Shown here one piece after another: positions 1-13,500 of a stretch of 64,000 nucleotides of DNA. Positions within the stretch are counted from its first letter, which is position 1. Every line of letters begins with the position of its first letter. This DNA is from Malacoraja senta (lineage: Eukaryota), in assembly GCA_038087875.1 (NCBI GenBank), contig CM075988.1, positions 22,260,001 to 22,324,000 on the forward strand, written 5' to 3'. The notes below the pieces were generated by a model. The model was not told where the DNA came from and searched no databases. It saw only the letters and a program-made list of their open reading frames with translations. The position numbers and the translations under genes were made by a program.

Positions 1-1490
1 ACCAATGTGCAGGAACCCACATCGGAAACACTGGATGTAGTAAATGAGGTTGGAGCATCTCTGGAGAGAAGGAATGGGTGACGTTTCGGGTCGAGACCCT
101 TCTTCAGCTTTTTCCTGTCTATCTTCGGTTTAAACAGGCTTCTGCAGTTCCTACTTACCCATCAATCACCCGTACACTAGTTCTATCCTACACACCAGGG
201 ACAATTTACAGAAGCCAATTAACCTACAAACCTGCACGTCTTGGGATATGGGAGGAAATCGGAGCACCCGGAAGAAACCATGACGGTCACAGGGAGAAGG
301 TAAACTCCATGCCGACAGCGCCCGAGCTCAGGATTGAACCTGGGTCCCTGATGCTGTGAGGAAGTAGCTCATAAGTTCATAGGTGATAGGAGCAGAATTA
401 GGCCATGCGACCCATCAAGTCTACTCCGCCATTCAATCATAGCTGATCTATCTCTCCCTCCTAACCCCATTCTCCTGCCTACTCCCCATAATCCCTGACA
501 CACGTATTAATCCACCGCTGCACCACTGTACTGCCAGGCAGTTGTTCCACAATTGGTGACCGTCCCTTTAACCTGAGGCCAAAGCTCTGTGGGCGCTGCT
601 CTAAAGCACTTCAGTTCCTTCCTGCTCTCGCAAACCACCCTTTATAAAAGAATCCTACTTCCCTGCTCCAGTTAATCTTCTTACCGAGTCCACACACAAG
701 ATTAGAAGTTGTTCAGCAGAGCTGAACACACTTCTCGGCATCTGCATACAATGGCGTCTGTCTTGTCGCTTCTTGTGCTTGGTAGTGGAAAGATTGGTGA
801 AAGCTCTTTCCTTGATCCCGCTCTTGTTAATGCTTCTGTGGAACGCTGGGTTGTAACAGCAAATTAGGGCGACACAGTGGCACAGCGGTAGAGTTGCTGC
901 CTTACAGCGCCAGAGACCTGGGTTCGATCCTGACTGTGGGTGTTGTGTGCACGTTCTCCCCTTGACTGCGTGGGGTTTCCCCGAGAGCTCCGATTTTCTT
1001 CCACAGACGTGCAGGTTTCTACGTTGGTGGGCTGAAGGCCTGTTTCCATGCTGTATCTCTCTAGCTTATAGCATGAATTGTTTGTAGACCTGTCAGAATG
1101 CGCTCGTTAAAAATAACATGGACCTGCATTTGCTCTTTGAAGTCCCTTGTGTCTCCATTGCAACCTTGGGAGTCCTGTTTTTTGAAGTGCATCACTGTTG
1201 AGAAAATCAGCATCGTCCTAGCAGCAAGTAATCACGCACGACAGCCTGGGTTTTGTGTTGCTGGTGGAAGAATAAATCTTGGTGAGGACAGACGGGAATT
1301 GCAGACGCTGGTTTTCACAGAAGGATGCCACCGGAGACAAAGTGGTGGAGTGACTCAGTGGGTCAGGCAGTGTCGCTGGGGAACATGGATCTGTGCAGTT
1401 TCGTGTCGGGGTCTGTTTGTGTTGGAGATTTGATTGTTGCAGGGAGCAGAATTCAAGACCATAAACTTTTTTTTTAAATTCTACTTGCAG

Positions 1491-1524
1491 AAAACGGTGG
1501 CCATGAAGTCTTCAATATCAATCG
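1491..1524 (+). CDS. dzip3: Exon 1 ([11 protein letters not shown]); possible start ATG at 1503
   Basis: ctacttgcag acceptor, G|gtaagt donor, phase 1 end fits exon 2; gtggccATG context. Confidence 0.6.
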
Positions 1525-4500
1525 GTAAGTGTTATTTTACTTTCAGAGATCTCTTTCAAACATCAGATATTGGACAGTTTTGATGTTGGCCATCATTAGC
1601 TGCTTTTCCTATCATTTGCCATTCCTTGCTATTGAGGGAGTGCAGGGTAGGTTTACAAGGTTAATTCCGGGATGGCGGGAGTGTCCTATGCTGAGAGAAT
1701 GGAGCAGCTGGGCTTGTGCACTCTGGAGTTTAGAAGGATGAGAGGGAATCTCATTGAAACATATAAGATTGTTAAGGACATGGGCACGCTAGAGGCAGGA
1801 AACATGTTCCCGATGTTGGGGGAGTCCAGAACCAGGGGCCACAGTTTAAGAATAAGGAGTAAGCCATTTAGAACGGAGACGAGAAAACACTTTTTCTCAC
1901 AGAGAGTGGTGAGTGTGTGGAATTCCCTGCCTTAGCGGGCGGTGGAGGGAGGTTCTCTGGATGCTTTCAAGAGAGAGCTAGATAGGGCTCTTAAAAATAG
2001 CGGAGTCGGGGGATATGGGGAGAAGGCAGGGACGGGGTACTGATTGGGGATGATCAGCCATGATCACATTGAAGGTCAAATGGCCTACTCCTGCACCTAT
2101 TGTGTATTGTCTATTGTCTATATCAGATATTGTACAGTTTTGATGTTGGCCATCATTAGCTGCTTTTCCTATCATTTGCCATTCCTTGGCCAGGCCCAGA
2201 GTGGCTCATTAAATGCGGTTAAATTGCAAAGTATATGCTCCTATAAATGCCTTTTAGACGTTATAATTGTATTGGCCTCTTCCACCTCTTCTTGTAGCTC
2301 ATTCTACACACTCTTCACCCACTGTGTGAGAAACCTGGGTACATCGGAGCAATCCCTGTTCCAGGCGTACACTGGCCCTATCCCTGAAGTCTATCTCCGC
2401 TACATTGATGACTGCATCGGGGCTATCTCCTGCATCCATGCAGAACTCACGGACTTCATTAACTTCACTACTAATTTCCATCCTGTACCCAAATTCAAAT
2501 TCAAATTCAAATTCACATCTCGACCCGCAATGTCACCCATTCCTTCTCTCCAGAGATGCTGCCTGTCCCGCTGAGTTACACCAGCATTTGGTGTCCATCT
2601 TCGATGTAAACCGGCATCTGCAGTTCCTTCCTACACAACATGCCGGTGAATCTCTTCTGCATTCTTTCTAATCTCACCACATCCTTCCCATTGTGTGGTG
2701 ACGGGGACTGCACACAGTACTCCAAGAGTGGCCTGACCAATGTGTTGTTCAGCTGAAACATGACCTCCCAACTCCTATACTCAATGCCTTGGGCTATTAA
2801 GGCAAACATGCAGAATGCCCTGTATACTATCCTATTTCCAGGGTATCGGGTATCACTATACATAAGCTCTTGGATAAACATCCCAGATACAGTACAAGTG
2901 TACAGCAGTAGTACACTTAGACAGATTTGGTGCCAATTTCAACCCAGTTTGTTATAGAATTGAAGAGTCATACAGTGTGGAAACAGGCCCTTCGGCCCAA
3001 CTTGCCCACACCGACCTACATGTCCCATCTACACTAGTCCTACCTGCCTGCATTTGGCCCATATCCCTCTGAACCTGTCCTTGTATCTGTCTAAACCTAT
3101 CCATGAACCTGTCTGAGATAGTGCCTGCCTCAACTACCTCCTCTGCAGCTCGTTCCATACACCCACCGCCCTCTGTGGTTCCTATTAAATCTTTCCTCCC
3201 TCACCTTAAACCTATGTCCTCGGGTTCATGATTCCCCGACTCTGGGCAAGACACCCTGTGCTTTTACATAATCAATTCCTCTCATGATTTTGTTATTAAT
3301 TGCTCCACCGCTTGGTGGAGTTACAGGCCGCACCCGTCCCATGCGCTCGGCCTTTTCGATCGGGGCCCGATCCAACTATGACTCTGGTGATGAAGATTGA
3401 AGCTGTTGTACTTTGCATCCTGTTAGTGTTTGACGCCTTCCCTTCGCTTTCCCAACCCTTGCAGGCGAGATGGCTTTCGACTGGTGCAAGATGGCCCCCG
3501 AGTGTTATCTGCAACACTGCCACCTCGCCTTTGTCAACGTGTTTGATGAGCTCCTCTTCAGCCAGCAGCACGAGCCGACCAGATACCTCAAGTGGGCCCA
3601 GGATGGGTTGCTGCTCAGTAAGAAAGTGTAAGTTTCTTTAAAAAAAATCGATGACTCTTGGATAGGAAAGGTTCAAGAGTCACGAGTGTTTTATTGCCAT
3701 ATGTCCCAGATAGAACAATGGAATTCTTACTTGCAGCAGCACAACAGAATACGGTGAAGGTTTCGAGGGGTATTGGCCAAATGAGGACAAATAGGACTAG
3801 TGTACTTTGGGCATCTTGGTTGGCATGGACAAGTTGGACTGAAAGTCCTGTTTCCAAGCTCCAAGACCCTTTCATTCGCCCTAGGGCCCCATCGCCGACC
3901 CTGGGGCCCAATCCATGACTAATTTAGAAGGATGAGAGGGGATCTCATTGAAACATATAAGATTGTTAAGGGCTTGGACGTGCTCGAGGCAGGAAACATG
4001 TTCCCGATGTTGGGGGAGTCCAGAACCAGGGGCCACAGTTTAAGAATAAGGAGTAAGCCATTTAGAACGGAGACGAGGAAACACTTTTTCTCACAGAGAG
4101 TGGTGAGTCTGTGGAATTCTCTGCCTCACAGGGCGGTGGAGGCAGTTTCTCTGGATGCTTTCAAGAGAGAGCTAGATAGGGCTCTTAAAAATAGCGGGAT
4201 ATGGGGAGAAGGCAGGAACAGGGTACTGATTGTGGATGATCAGCCATGATCACATTGAATGGTGGTGCTGGCTCGAAGGGCCAAATAGCCTACTCCTGCA
4301 CCTATTGTCTATTGTCTAATTCAACAGACATTACATCAATGAGAACAGCCTGTCCCAGTTAGCTACGTGTGGGTAAAAGGAGATGGAGTCACACCCTGTT
4401 CTCGGTCATTTTGCGCTTGAAGGCACTGGGCCTGTACTCGCTGGTGTTTAGAAGGATGAGGGGGGACCTCTTTGAGACTTGCCGAATAGTGAAAGGTCTG

Positions 4501-7500
4501 GATAGAGTGGATATGGGGAGGATGTTTCCACGAGTGGGAGAGTCTAGAACCATAAGTCTTAGAATAAAAGTACGTACCTTTAGAAAGGAGATGAGAAGGA
4601 ATTTCTTTCATCAGAGGGTGGTGAATCTGTGGAATTCATTGCCACAGAAGGCTGTGGAGGCCAAGTCAATGTATATTTTTAAGGCGGAGATTGACAGATT
4701 CTTGATTAGTGAGGGTGTCAGGAGTTAAGGGGCGAAGGTGGGTGAATGGGGTTGAGAGGAAAAATTAGATCAGCCATGATTGAATGGTGGAGTAGACTTG
4801 ATGGGCCGAATGGCCTAATTCTGCTCCTAGAACTTATTAACTTATTTTCTGAAGAGTTACCGACTCCTTCTGGAGTGTAGTTAAACCAGGACTGATCACA
4901 GTTTGGTATCATCAAGTTATGTTACATGTCTGAGCCTATTCCACCCCTGGAGGCAGCACAGTTGAAGCTAATGCCGTCATATGTACAGGCAAGGCTTGGT
5001 GCTGGGACCGCAGCTATTTACAATATACATCAATGATTTGGATGAAGGGATTCAAAGTAACATTAGCAAATTTGCAGATGACACAAAGCTGGGTGGCAGT
5101 GTGAACTGTGAGGAGGATGCTATGAGAATGCAGGGTGACTTGGACAGGTTGGGGGAGTGGGCAGATGCATGGCAGATGATGTTTAATGCGGATAAATGTG
5201 AGGTTATCCACTTTGGTATCAAAATCAGGAAGGCAGATTACTATCTAAATGGCGTCGTTGGGAAAAGGGGAAGTACAACGGGATCTGGGGGTCCTTGTTC
5301 ATCAGTCTATGAAAGTAAGCATGCAGGTACAGCAGGCAGTGAAGAAAGCGAATGGCATGTTGGACATAAAACAAGAGGAATCGAGTATAGGAGCAAAGAG
5401 ATCTTTCTGCAGTTGTACAGGGCCCTAGTGAGACCACACCTGGAGTATTGTCCCCTAATTTGAGGAAGGACATTCTTGCTATTGAGGGAGTGCAGCGTAG
5501 GTTGACAAGGTTAATTCCCGGGATGGCGGGACTGTCATATGCTGAGAGAATGGAGCGGCTAGGCTTGTACCCTCTGGAGTTTAGCAGGATGAGAGGGCAT
5601 CTTATTGAAACATATAAGATTGTTAAGGGTTTGGACACGCTAGAGGCAGGAAACATGTTCCCGATGTTGGGGGAATCCAGAACCAGGGGCCATAGTTGAA
5701 GAATAAGGGGTAAGCTATTTAGAACGGAGACGAGGAAACACATTTTCTCACAGAGAGTTGTGAGTCTGTGGAATTCTCTGCCTCAGAGGGCGGTGGAGGC
5801 AGGTTCTCTGGATACTTTCAAGAGAGAGCTAGATAGGGCTCTTAAAGATAGCGGAGTCAGGGGATATGGGGAGAAGGCAGGAACGGGGTACTGATTGGGG
5901 ATGATCAGCCATGATCACATTGAATGGCGGTGCTGGCTTGAAGGGCCGAATGGCCTATTCCTGCACCTATTGTCTATTGTCTATTGTAAGGAAATGATAA
6001 TCTCGAATCTGAGCACCCGCAATTACTGTTAAACCCCTCCCAAATTCTGGACCTTATTTTTCCAAACCAGTACGTCTTAGCAGCGTGGGAGGGAACCAGA
6101 ACACCCGGGGAAAACCCACGCAGTCACAGGGAGAACGTATAAACTCCGTAAGAACAGTACCCATGGCCAGGATGGAACCCGGGTCTCCGGTACTCGGGGA
6201 CAAGATTTAATAGGAATATGTTGAATACTTCCACCCTGGGGAAGAAGGTTCTGACTGTCTACTCTATCTATGGCTCTCATCATTTTTTACATAGTCTCCC
6301 CTCAACCTCCGACAGTTCCAGAGAAAACCACGCCGTGATGCATCAGGTAGTGCTGCTGCCTCACCGCACCAGCCACCCAAGTTTGATCCCAACAGTGGAG
6401 TCTTTGTGTGTGTGTGTGTGTGTGTGTTTGTGGAATTTGCACGTTCTCCCTCAATAGACAATAGGTGCAGGAGTAGGCCATTTGGCCCTTCGAGCCAGCG
6501 CCACCATTCAATGTGATCTTGGCTGATCATCCCCAATCAGTACCCCGTTCCTGCCTTCTCCCCATATCCCCTGACTCCGCTATTTTGAAGAGCCCTATCT
6601 AGCTCTCTCTTGAAAGCATCCAGAGAACCTGCCTCCACCGCCCTCCGAGGCAGAGAATTCCACAGACTCACCACTCTCTGTGAGAAAAAGTGTTTCCTCG
6701 TCTCCGTTCTAAATGGCTTACTCCTAATTCTTAAACTGTGGCCCCTGGTTCTGGACTCCCCCAACATCGGGAACATGTTTCCTGCCTCTAGTGTGTCCAA
6801 GCCCTTAACAATCTTATATGTTTCAAGATTGTTAAGGGCTTGGACACACTAGAGGCAGGAAACATGTTCCCGATGTTGGGGGAGTCCAGAACCAGGGCCC
6901 TCTGGCTGTGTGGATCTCCTCCAAGTGCTCCAGTTCCCTCCCACGTCCTAAAGGCACGTGGGCTGTTCGGTTCATTGGCCACTGTGCATGACGTCCAATG
7001 TAGGCGGGCAGTAGATTTGATGGGTTTATGGGGAGAAGTTACCACCCCCCACCCCCACCCTCCTCTCTACTTTCAGTCTGAAGAAGGGTTCCGACCCGAA
7101 ACGTCACCCATCCTTTTTCTCCAGAGATGCTGCCCGACCCGCTGAGTTGCTCCAGCACTTTGTGTCTATCTTCGGCCGAAACCAGCATCTGCAGTTCATT
7201 CCATCACAGGTTGAAGGATGGTTAGGAATGGAACGCAAAAGCCTGTTTTTCAGAAATGCATATACAGTAATCCAAATTAAAAAATAAAAAAACACTCCTT
7301 TTTTGCAAATTGATCTCAAGGTTTGCTGTCTGGCAGTGACTGTCGTTGAACAGCTAGTCTCAGACCTGTGGATTCAGAGGCTGTCTGTATCTTGGCTCTG
7401 GGTCTTTTGCAAGCTGAGCTGGAACCTCGCCTGAGTTTGGTGGGAATGTGTGAATCAGTCAGTCAGTGGCAGCTTTCACAGCCTTTGCTTGATGATAAAA

Positions 7501-10500
7501 TTAAAAAAAACTCCCTGCTTATTGACCTTGGTGATTTTAAAAAGCAAAGCTCCAAAGAAACATCACCTATTTTCTCCAGAGATGCTGCCAAGGCCGCTGA
7601 GTTACGCCAGCACTTGACGGCTATCTTCGCTGTAAACCAGCAATCTGCAGTTCTTTCCTACACATTTTGTGCTGGGCCGTGCCTGGCTGAATTGACCCAA
7701 CACTGAACTTGGGAACTTTTCACACCTGGTGTAAGGTCCATTTTCAATAGTTTGGAACTAAAATTAACGCTAAGCGTAGGTAGACAAAAGTGCTGGAGAA
7801 ACTCAGCGGGTGAGGCAGCATCTATGGAGCAAAGGAAATAGGCAACGTTTCGGCCCGAAACGTTGCCTATTTCCTTCGCTCCATAGATGCTGCCTCACCC
7901 GCTGAGTTTCTCCAGCACTTTTGTCGACCTTCGATTTTCCAGCATCTGCAGTTCCTTCTTAAACTTAATGCTAAGCGAGCTATGTTACGATCATGTGTGT
8001 GTCTCTCTTCTGGTTAAACGTCTACTGGAGACTCTAGTCTTTTAACCTCTCGTGATTCTGCTTCTGAATTTCGCCCTGAATGCTGACGTTCACTTCAGCT
8101 GCCCGGCTTCGCAGGGTCCTATGCTCCCTCCCTCAACTCCATTGCCTCTCCCTGCCCACACCCCTTAAACTTTCCAATTTAGGCAACCAGGAGGCTGAGA
8201 GGTGATCTTATAGAGGTGAACAAGATCATGGATCGGATATAGATCGGGTAAATGCACAGAGTCTTTTACCCAGAGTAAGGAAATCAAGAACCAGAGGTAA
8301 GGGTGAAGTCACCCTCTCCCGGGCGGCACGGTGGCGCAGTGCTAGAGCTGCTGCCTTGCAATGCAAGAGACCCGGGTTCGATCCTGACTAAGGGTGCTGT
8401 CTGTGTGGAGTTTGTACGTTCTCCCCTGTGACCTCGTGGGTTTGCACCGGGTGCTTGGGTTACTTCCCCACACTCCAAAGACGTGCAGGTTTGTAGGTGA
8501 ATTGGCTTCGGTAAAATTGTAAACTGCCCCTAGAGTGTGTAGGGTAGTGCTAGTGATCGCTGTTCTGTGGGCCGAAGGGCCTGTTTCCGCGCTGTATCTC
8601 TAAACTAAGCCCCAGCCTCTTGCCCCGACATCAAAGCAACCGGTTGTTCCACTGACTGTGTGGCAAGCTGGTTTGGAGCCGAGATAAAGGGTGCCTTGCA
8701 ACCTGTGTACGTTTTGCTTCCTCCTCTTCGCAGTCTTGTGAGTTTGGCAGGTTGCCAAGTTGGGAATGAGTGGGCAGATTCTGCCACTGTACAGCGTGGG
8801 AGAATGTTCTAGCACATGGCACCGCGGCAAGAAGGACCTGTAATTTTAATCAGTCGCTTATCCACTTCCCATTGTGTGCTTGAATTTTGTGTTGCCGTTG
8901 TGACAAGTGTGGGATCTGTTGACAGCTGCCGTGAGATACCTGTGAACAACCTCCCATTAGCATTTCAGTTCAAAATGCATCTCGTTCCTTCTGCCGGGGA
9001 CCTGACTCTGATCCCTAACGTTTGCTCCTTTCCCCTCGTATCCGAGTCAGTAGGTCGCGGGTTGAGGTTCTCCCGAGTGCACAGCTCGGGCGGTACTGGC
9101 GGAGCATGGCACTGGCTTATAGTTTTTTAGTTTTAGAGATACGGTGCGGAAACAGGCCTTTCGGCCCACCGAGTCCGCACCGACCAGCGATCCCCGCACA
9201 TTAACGCTACCCTGCACACGCTAGGGGACAATTTACACATACACCAAGCCAATTGACCTACAGACCTGTGCGTCTTTGGAGTGTGGGAGGAAACCGAAGA
9301 TCTCGGAGAAAACCCACGCGGTTGCGGGGAGAACGTACAAACTCCGTACAGACAGCACCCGCAGTCGGGATGGAACCCGGGTCTCCAGAGATCCCATGCC
9401 CATACATTCAAGATGGTCAGTGCTGACTACCAAGTCTCAGAGCAGCTTCTTCCCAACAACCACAACACCACACAACACCAACCCTAACTATGAACTTCTA
9501 TGGTTAGGAAGGAACTGCATATCCTGGTTTTTCCAAAGATGGACACAAAATGCTGGAGTAACTTGGCAGGTCAGGCAGCATCTCTGGAGAAACGGATTAG
9601 GTGATGTGTCAGGCCGGAACCCGTCTGAAGAAGGGTTCCGATTCGAAACGTCACCTATTCCCTTTCTCCAGAGATGCTGCCTGACCCGCCAAGTTACTCC
9701 AGCACTTTGTGTCTATGAACTTTCATGGACTGTCTTTAATTGCACCGAGAACTTTGTTTTTTGTTTGCACGAGTAATAAGGTTATTAACGTATGGAACGA
9801 GCTGCCTGAGAAGGTAGTTGAGGCAAGTTCTATCACAGTGTTTAAGATACATTTAGACAGGTAAGTGGATAGGATGAGTTTGGTGGGATATGGGGCAAAC
9901 GCAGGCATGTGGGACGAGTGTAGATGGGGAATGTTGGTCAGCATGGGCAAGTTGGGCCGAAGGGCCTGTTTCCACGCTGTATGACTATGATTCGTACATT
10001 GGAGACAAGATCTCTGTGCTGCTTCCAGATCATCTTACAGCAGCTGGAAGTATGTCTACGAGGTGACCGGTCGAGGGCATGGCTGGGACTCCAAGCCGGA
10101 TAGTGGTCAGCACCCACCATGTAGGTAGGGAGCTAAACAGACCGCCCTAGGAGCTGACCGGTGGAGTCGACAAACTCCGAGTTTGGAGAAAATGGAAGAG
10201 GGCTTGAAGTAGGGATGACGTATGAATTCTCCCCATCTCCGTGTCAAGGCCTCCAACACATCCAGTCAATGGAGGTGAGACGGCTCATGGGATGAAAGAA
10301 GGAGAATGGGGCCGAGGCAAAGATCAGCCATGATCGAAATGGCGGAGCAGACTCGATGGGTCGAATGGCCTAACCCTGCTCCTATATCTTTTGATCCTCT
10401 GAGGGGGGAAGGCCGAGGGATGGAATGAGACCATGGAGGGACACTTGATCACCCGAGGATTGCTTGGCTTTTGCACAATACCCAGAGGTTTGGTTGAGAC

Positions 10501-13500
10501 TTGGATTGAGCTTGTTTGCTTCTTCTTGGTCCGGCAGGAATTGCAAAGACGCAGCGGTGGATTTGACTGTGATCCAGACGATGGAAATCTTCTGGACGAT
10601 TTATGGTGAGATGAAGAAGAAATGTGTAAGTTGCAACTCCCTGTCTTTGGTCACGTGGAGGGGTGGGGGAGGGGGTGGAATCGCATTAGTGATTAGTACG
10701 GGTGTCGTGGGTTATGGGGAGAAGCCAGGAGAATGGGGTTGAGAGGGGGAGATAGATCAGCCATGATTGAATGGTGGCGTAGACTTGATGTGGCGAATGG
10801 CCTAATTCTGCTCCTAGAACTTAACGTATGTGTGTTGGACTAAGTGTTGTAGGGGATAGAGAAATGTCAATGGTTCAGGTCAAGAACCTGCGTCAGGACA
10901 GAGAGAAGATGGTCAACTATACAAAGGGGAAAGAGAGGGGTGAGGGACGAGGTCTTCAGCCCAACTTGCCCACACTGGCTAACATGCTCCATCTACACCA
11001 GTCCCACCTGCCTGCATTTAGCCCATATCCCTCTAATCCTATCCGATCCATGTAGCTGTTCAAATGTCTCTTCAATGTTGTGATAGTACTTGCCTCAACT
11101 ACCTCCTCCGACAGCTCATTCCATCTACCCACCACCCTTTTGTGCAAGATAAGAGTTGCCCTACTTAGGAGTTGCCATATAGGTTCCTATTAAATCTTTC
11201 CCCCCTCACCTTAAATCTATGTCCCCTGGTTCTGGATTCCCCCACCCTGGGAATCTATTCCTGTCGTGATTTTATACATCTCTATGAGATCACCTTTCAT
11301 CCTCCTGCACTCCAAAAAATAAAGTCCTAAGATGAGAGATGGAAGGCAGGTGAAACCAGATGGGGCAGGGGAACAAACATGGGTAATGGGGAGGGATGTG
11401 GTAAAGGGGACATTTAATGTTCATACTATTGGATTGTAGCCCACCCAGGCAGTGATGATAGCCCCTTCAAAGGAATGTTTGTGTTGGGTGGGGTAGTTAA
11501 ATGGGCTTTGGGCCGAGCGGACATTAACCTGTTCAAAGCCGTGGTGTTTAGCAGTTGAATCCTTGCTCATCTTCGATCCTCATTCTCTTCCCTTCCAATG
11601 TAAAGCACTTTGGTCAATGAGAGTTGTTTTTTAAATATGCTATAGAAATAAAAGTGAATTGACTTGACGACTTCCCTGGTTCTATTTCAGAATCATAACA
11701 GGTTTGTTGCTGCCCTTCTGAAGACCTTCGAACGAACCCAGGTGAGAGACGGAGGTGAATGAGACCCGTCCTGTCAGCGGCGTTTAGCATGTACCTGTCT
11801 GGATGTGTGTTAAACTGGAGGTGGAGAAACTAGTCACGGGTGGCGCAGCGGTAGAGTTGCTGCCTTACAGCGAATGCAGCGCCGGGGACCCGGGTTCGAT
11901 CCCAACTAGGGTGCTGTTCTGCCCGTGACCTGCGTGGGTTTTCTCTGAGATCTTCGGTTTCCTCCCACACTCCAGACGTACAGGTTTGTAGGTTAATTGG
12001 CTTGGTAAATGTAAAAATTGTCCCTAGAGGGTGTAGGATGGTGTTAATGTGCGGGGATCGCTGGTCATGTTCTTTAGCAAATCTTTCATTCATTTGTTCT
12101 ATATCTCTCTACATCACCGTCTATATCCTTTCCCCTGACTCACCTATTCCCTCTCTCCAGAGATGCTGTCTGACCCGCTGAGTTACTCCAGCTTTTTGTG
12201 TCTATCTTCTGTACTGTTCTATATTCTTTGCTGTAACTTTCCAAAGTTCCTGAGGCAAGTGACATGCAGTAGCTTTCCTTTAGTAAACTTTCCGTTGCCC
12301 CGAATGCGATTGTCTGCTGTTAATTATGTCGTATAGTGTAGCAATACATTAATTGTGCAAACATCGCTTGTCATCATCTAATTATTCTATTAATCACGCT
12401 GATTTAAATCTATATTGTTGTCTTTAACAGATGACAAAACCCTGTTTCCATCTCAACGAAGATTTCAGCTGGTTGGCAATGGGAGAGTTTTGCCAGCGTT
12501 GCCATGGTGATCTGTTTGCAGTGGTACTTTCTCCCCCCTACATTGCCATAGTGCCACAGCGTATCATCCATTTAATGTCAAACTGTATTAGGTATTTGGT
12601 GAAACAAGGAACAGCAGATGCTGGCTTACAATGAAGGACACAAAGTGCTGGAGTAACTCAGTGGGTCGGGCAGCATCTGTGGAGAACATGGAGAGGTGAC
12701 GTTTCAGGGCCAGACTCTCGGCCTGGACTTTGAAGATGAGTCCCGACCCGAATCGTCACTTATCCAGAGATGTGTAAGAAGGAACTGCAGAAGCTGGTTT
12801 CATCCGAAGAAAGACACCAAAAGCTGGAGTAAGTCAACGGGACAGGCAGCATCTCTCGAGAGAAGGAATGGGTGGCGTTTCGAGTTGAGACCCTTCTTCA
12901 GACTGGTTAGGGATAAGGGAAATGAGAGATATAGATGGTGATCTGGATAGATAAAGAACAATGAATGAAAGATATGCAGAAAAAGTATCTCAGGATATCC
13001 AGATATGCTGCCTGACCCGCTGAGTTACTCCAGCACTTGTTGTCTCTGTTTGTGTTAGCTATTAAGAAACCTTAATAGCCCTGTCCCACGGTACGAGTTC
13101 ATTCCAAGAACTCTCCCGAGTTAAAAAAAAATCAAATTCGTGGTAAGCACGGAGAATGAACGTAGCGGTACGTCGGAGCTCGGGGACGTCTCTTAGCGCT
13201 AACGGCAGGTACTCGGGAAGACTCGCTAACGGCAGGTAAGCACGGGAAGACTGGTGAAGATTTTTCAACATGTTGAAAAATGTCCACGAGAGCCCCGAGT
13301 ACCGACGAGTGGCCATTACCGTAAATCTCCGAGTTCGAATCGGGGCAAACTCGGGAGAGCTCTTGGAATGAACTCGTACCATGGGACAGGGCTTTAACCC
13401 TTTTTCTTTCTCCGCAGGTGCTTTGTGGCCAGCTCAGTATTTCCAGCGAGCAGTGTTTGTGTAAACATTGACAGTTTCTTTCTGCCGTCCCACTAGGATG

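Noticed and set aside
8734..8839. Candidate exon ([25 protein letters not shown]) with a good acceptor
   Set aside because: In-frame stop just after the acceptor, and exon 2 already joins exon 3 in phase with TTC3-like homology; at most an alternative exon.
12431..12506. Strong acceptor followed by an ATG ORF
   Set aside because: No donor giving phase 0, and exons 4 and 5 join without it.
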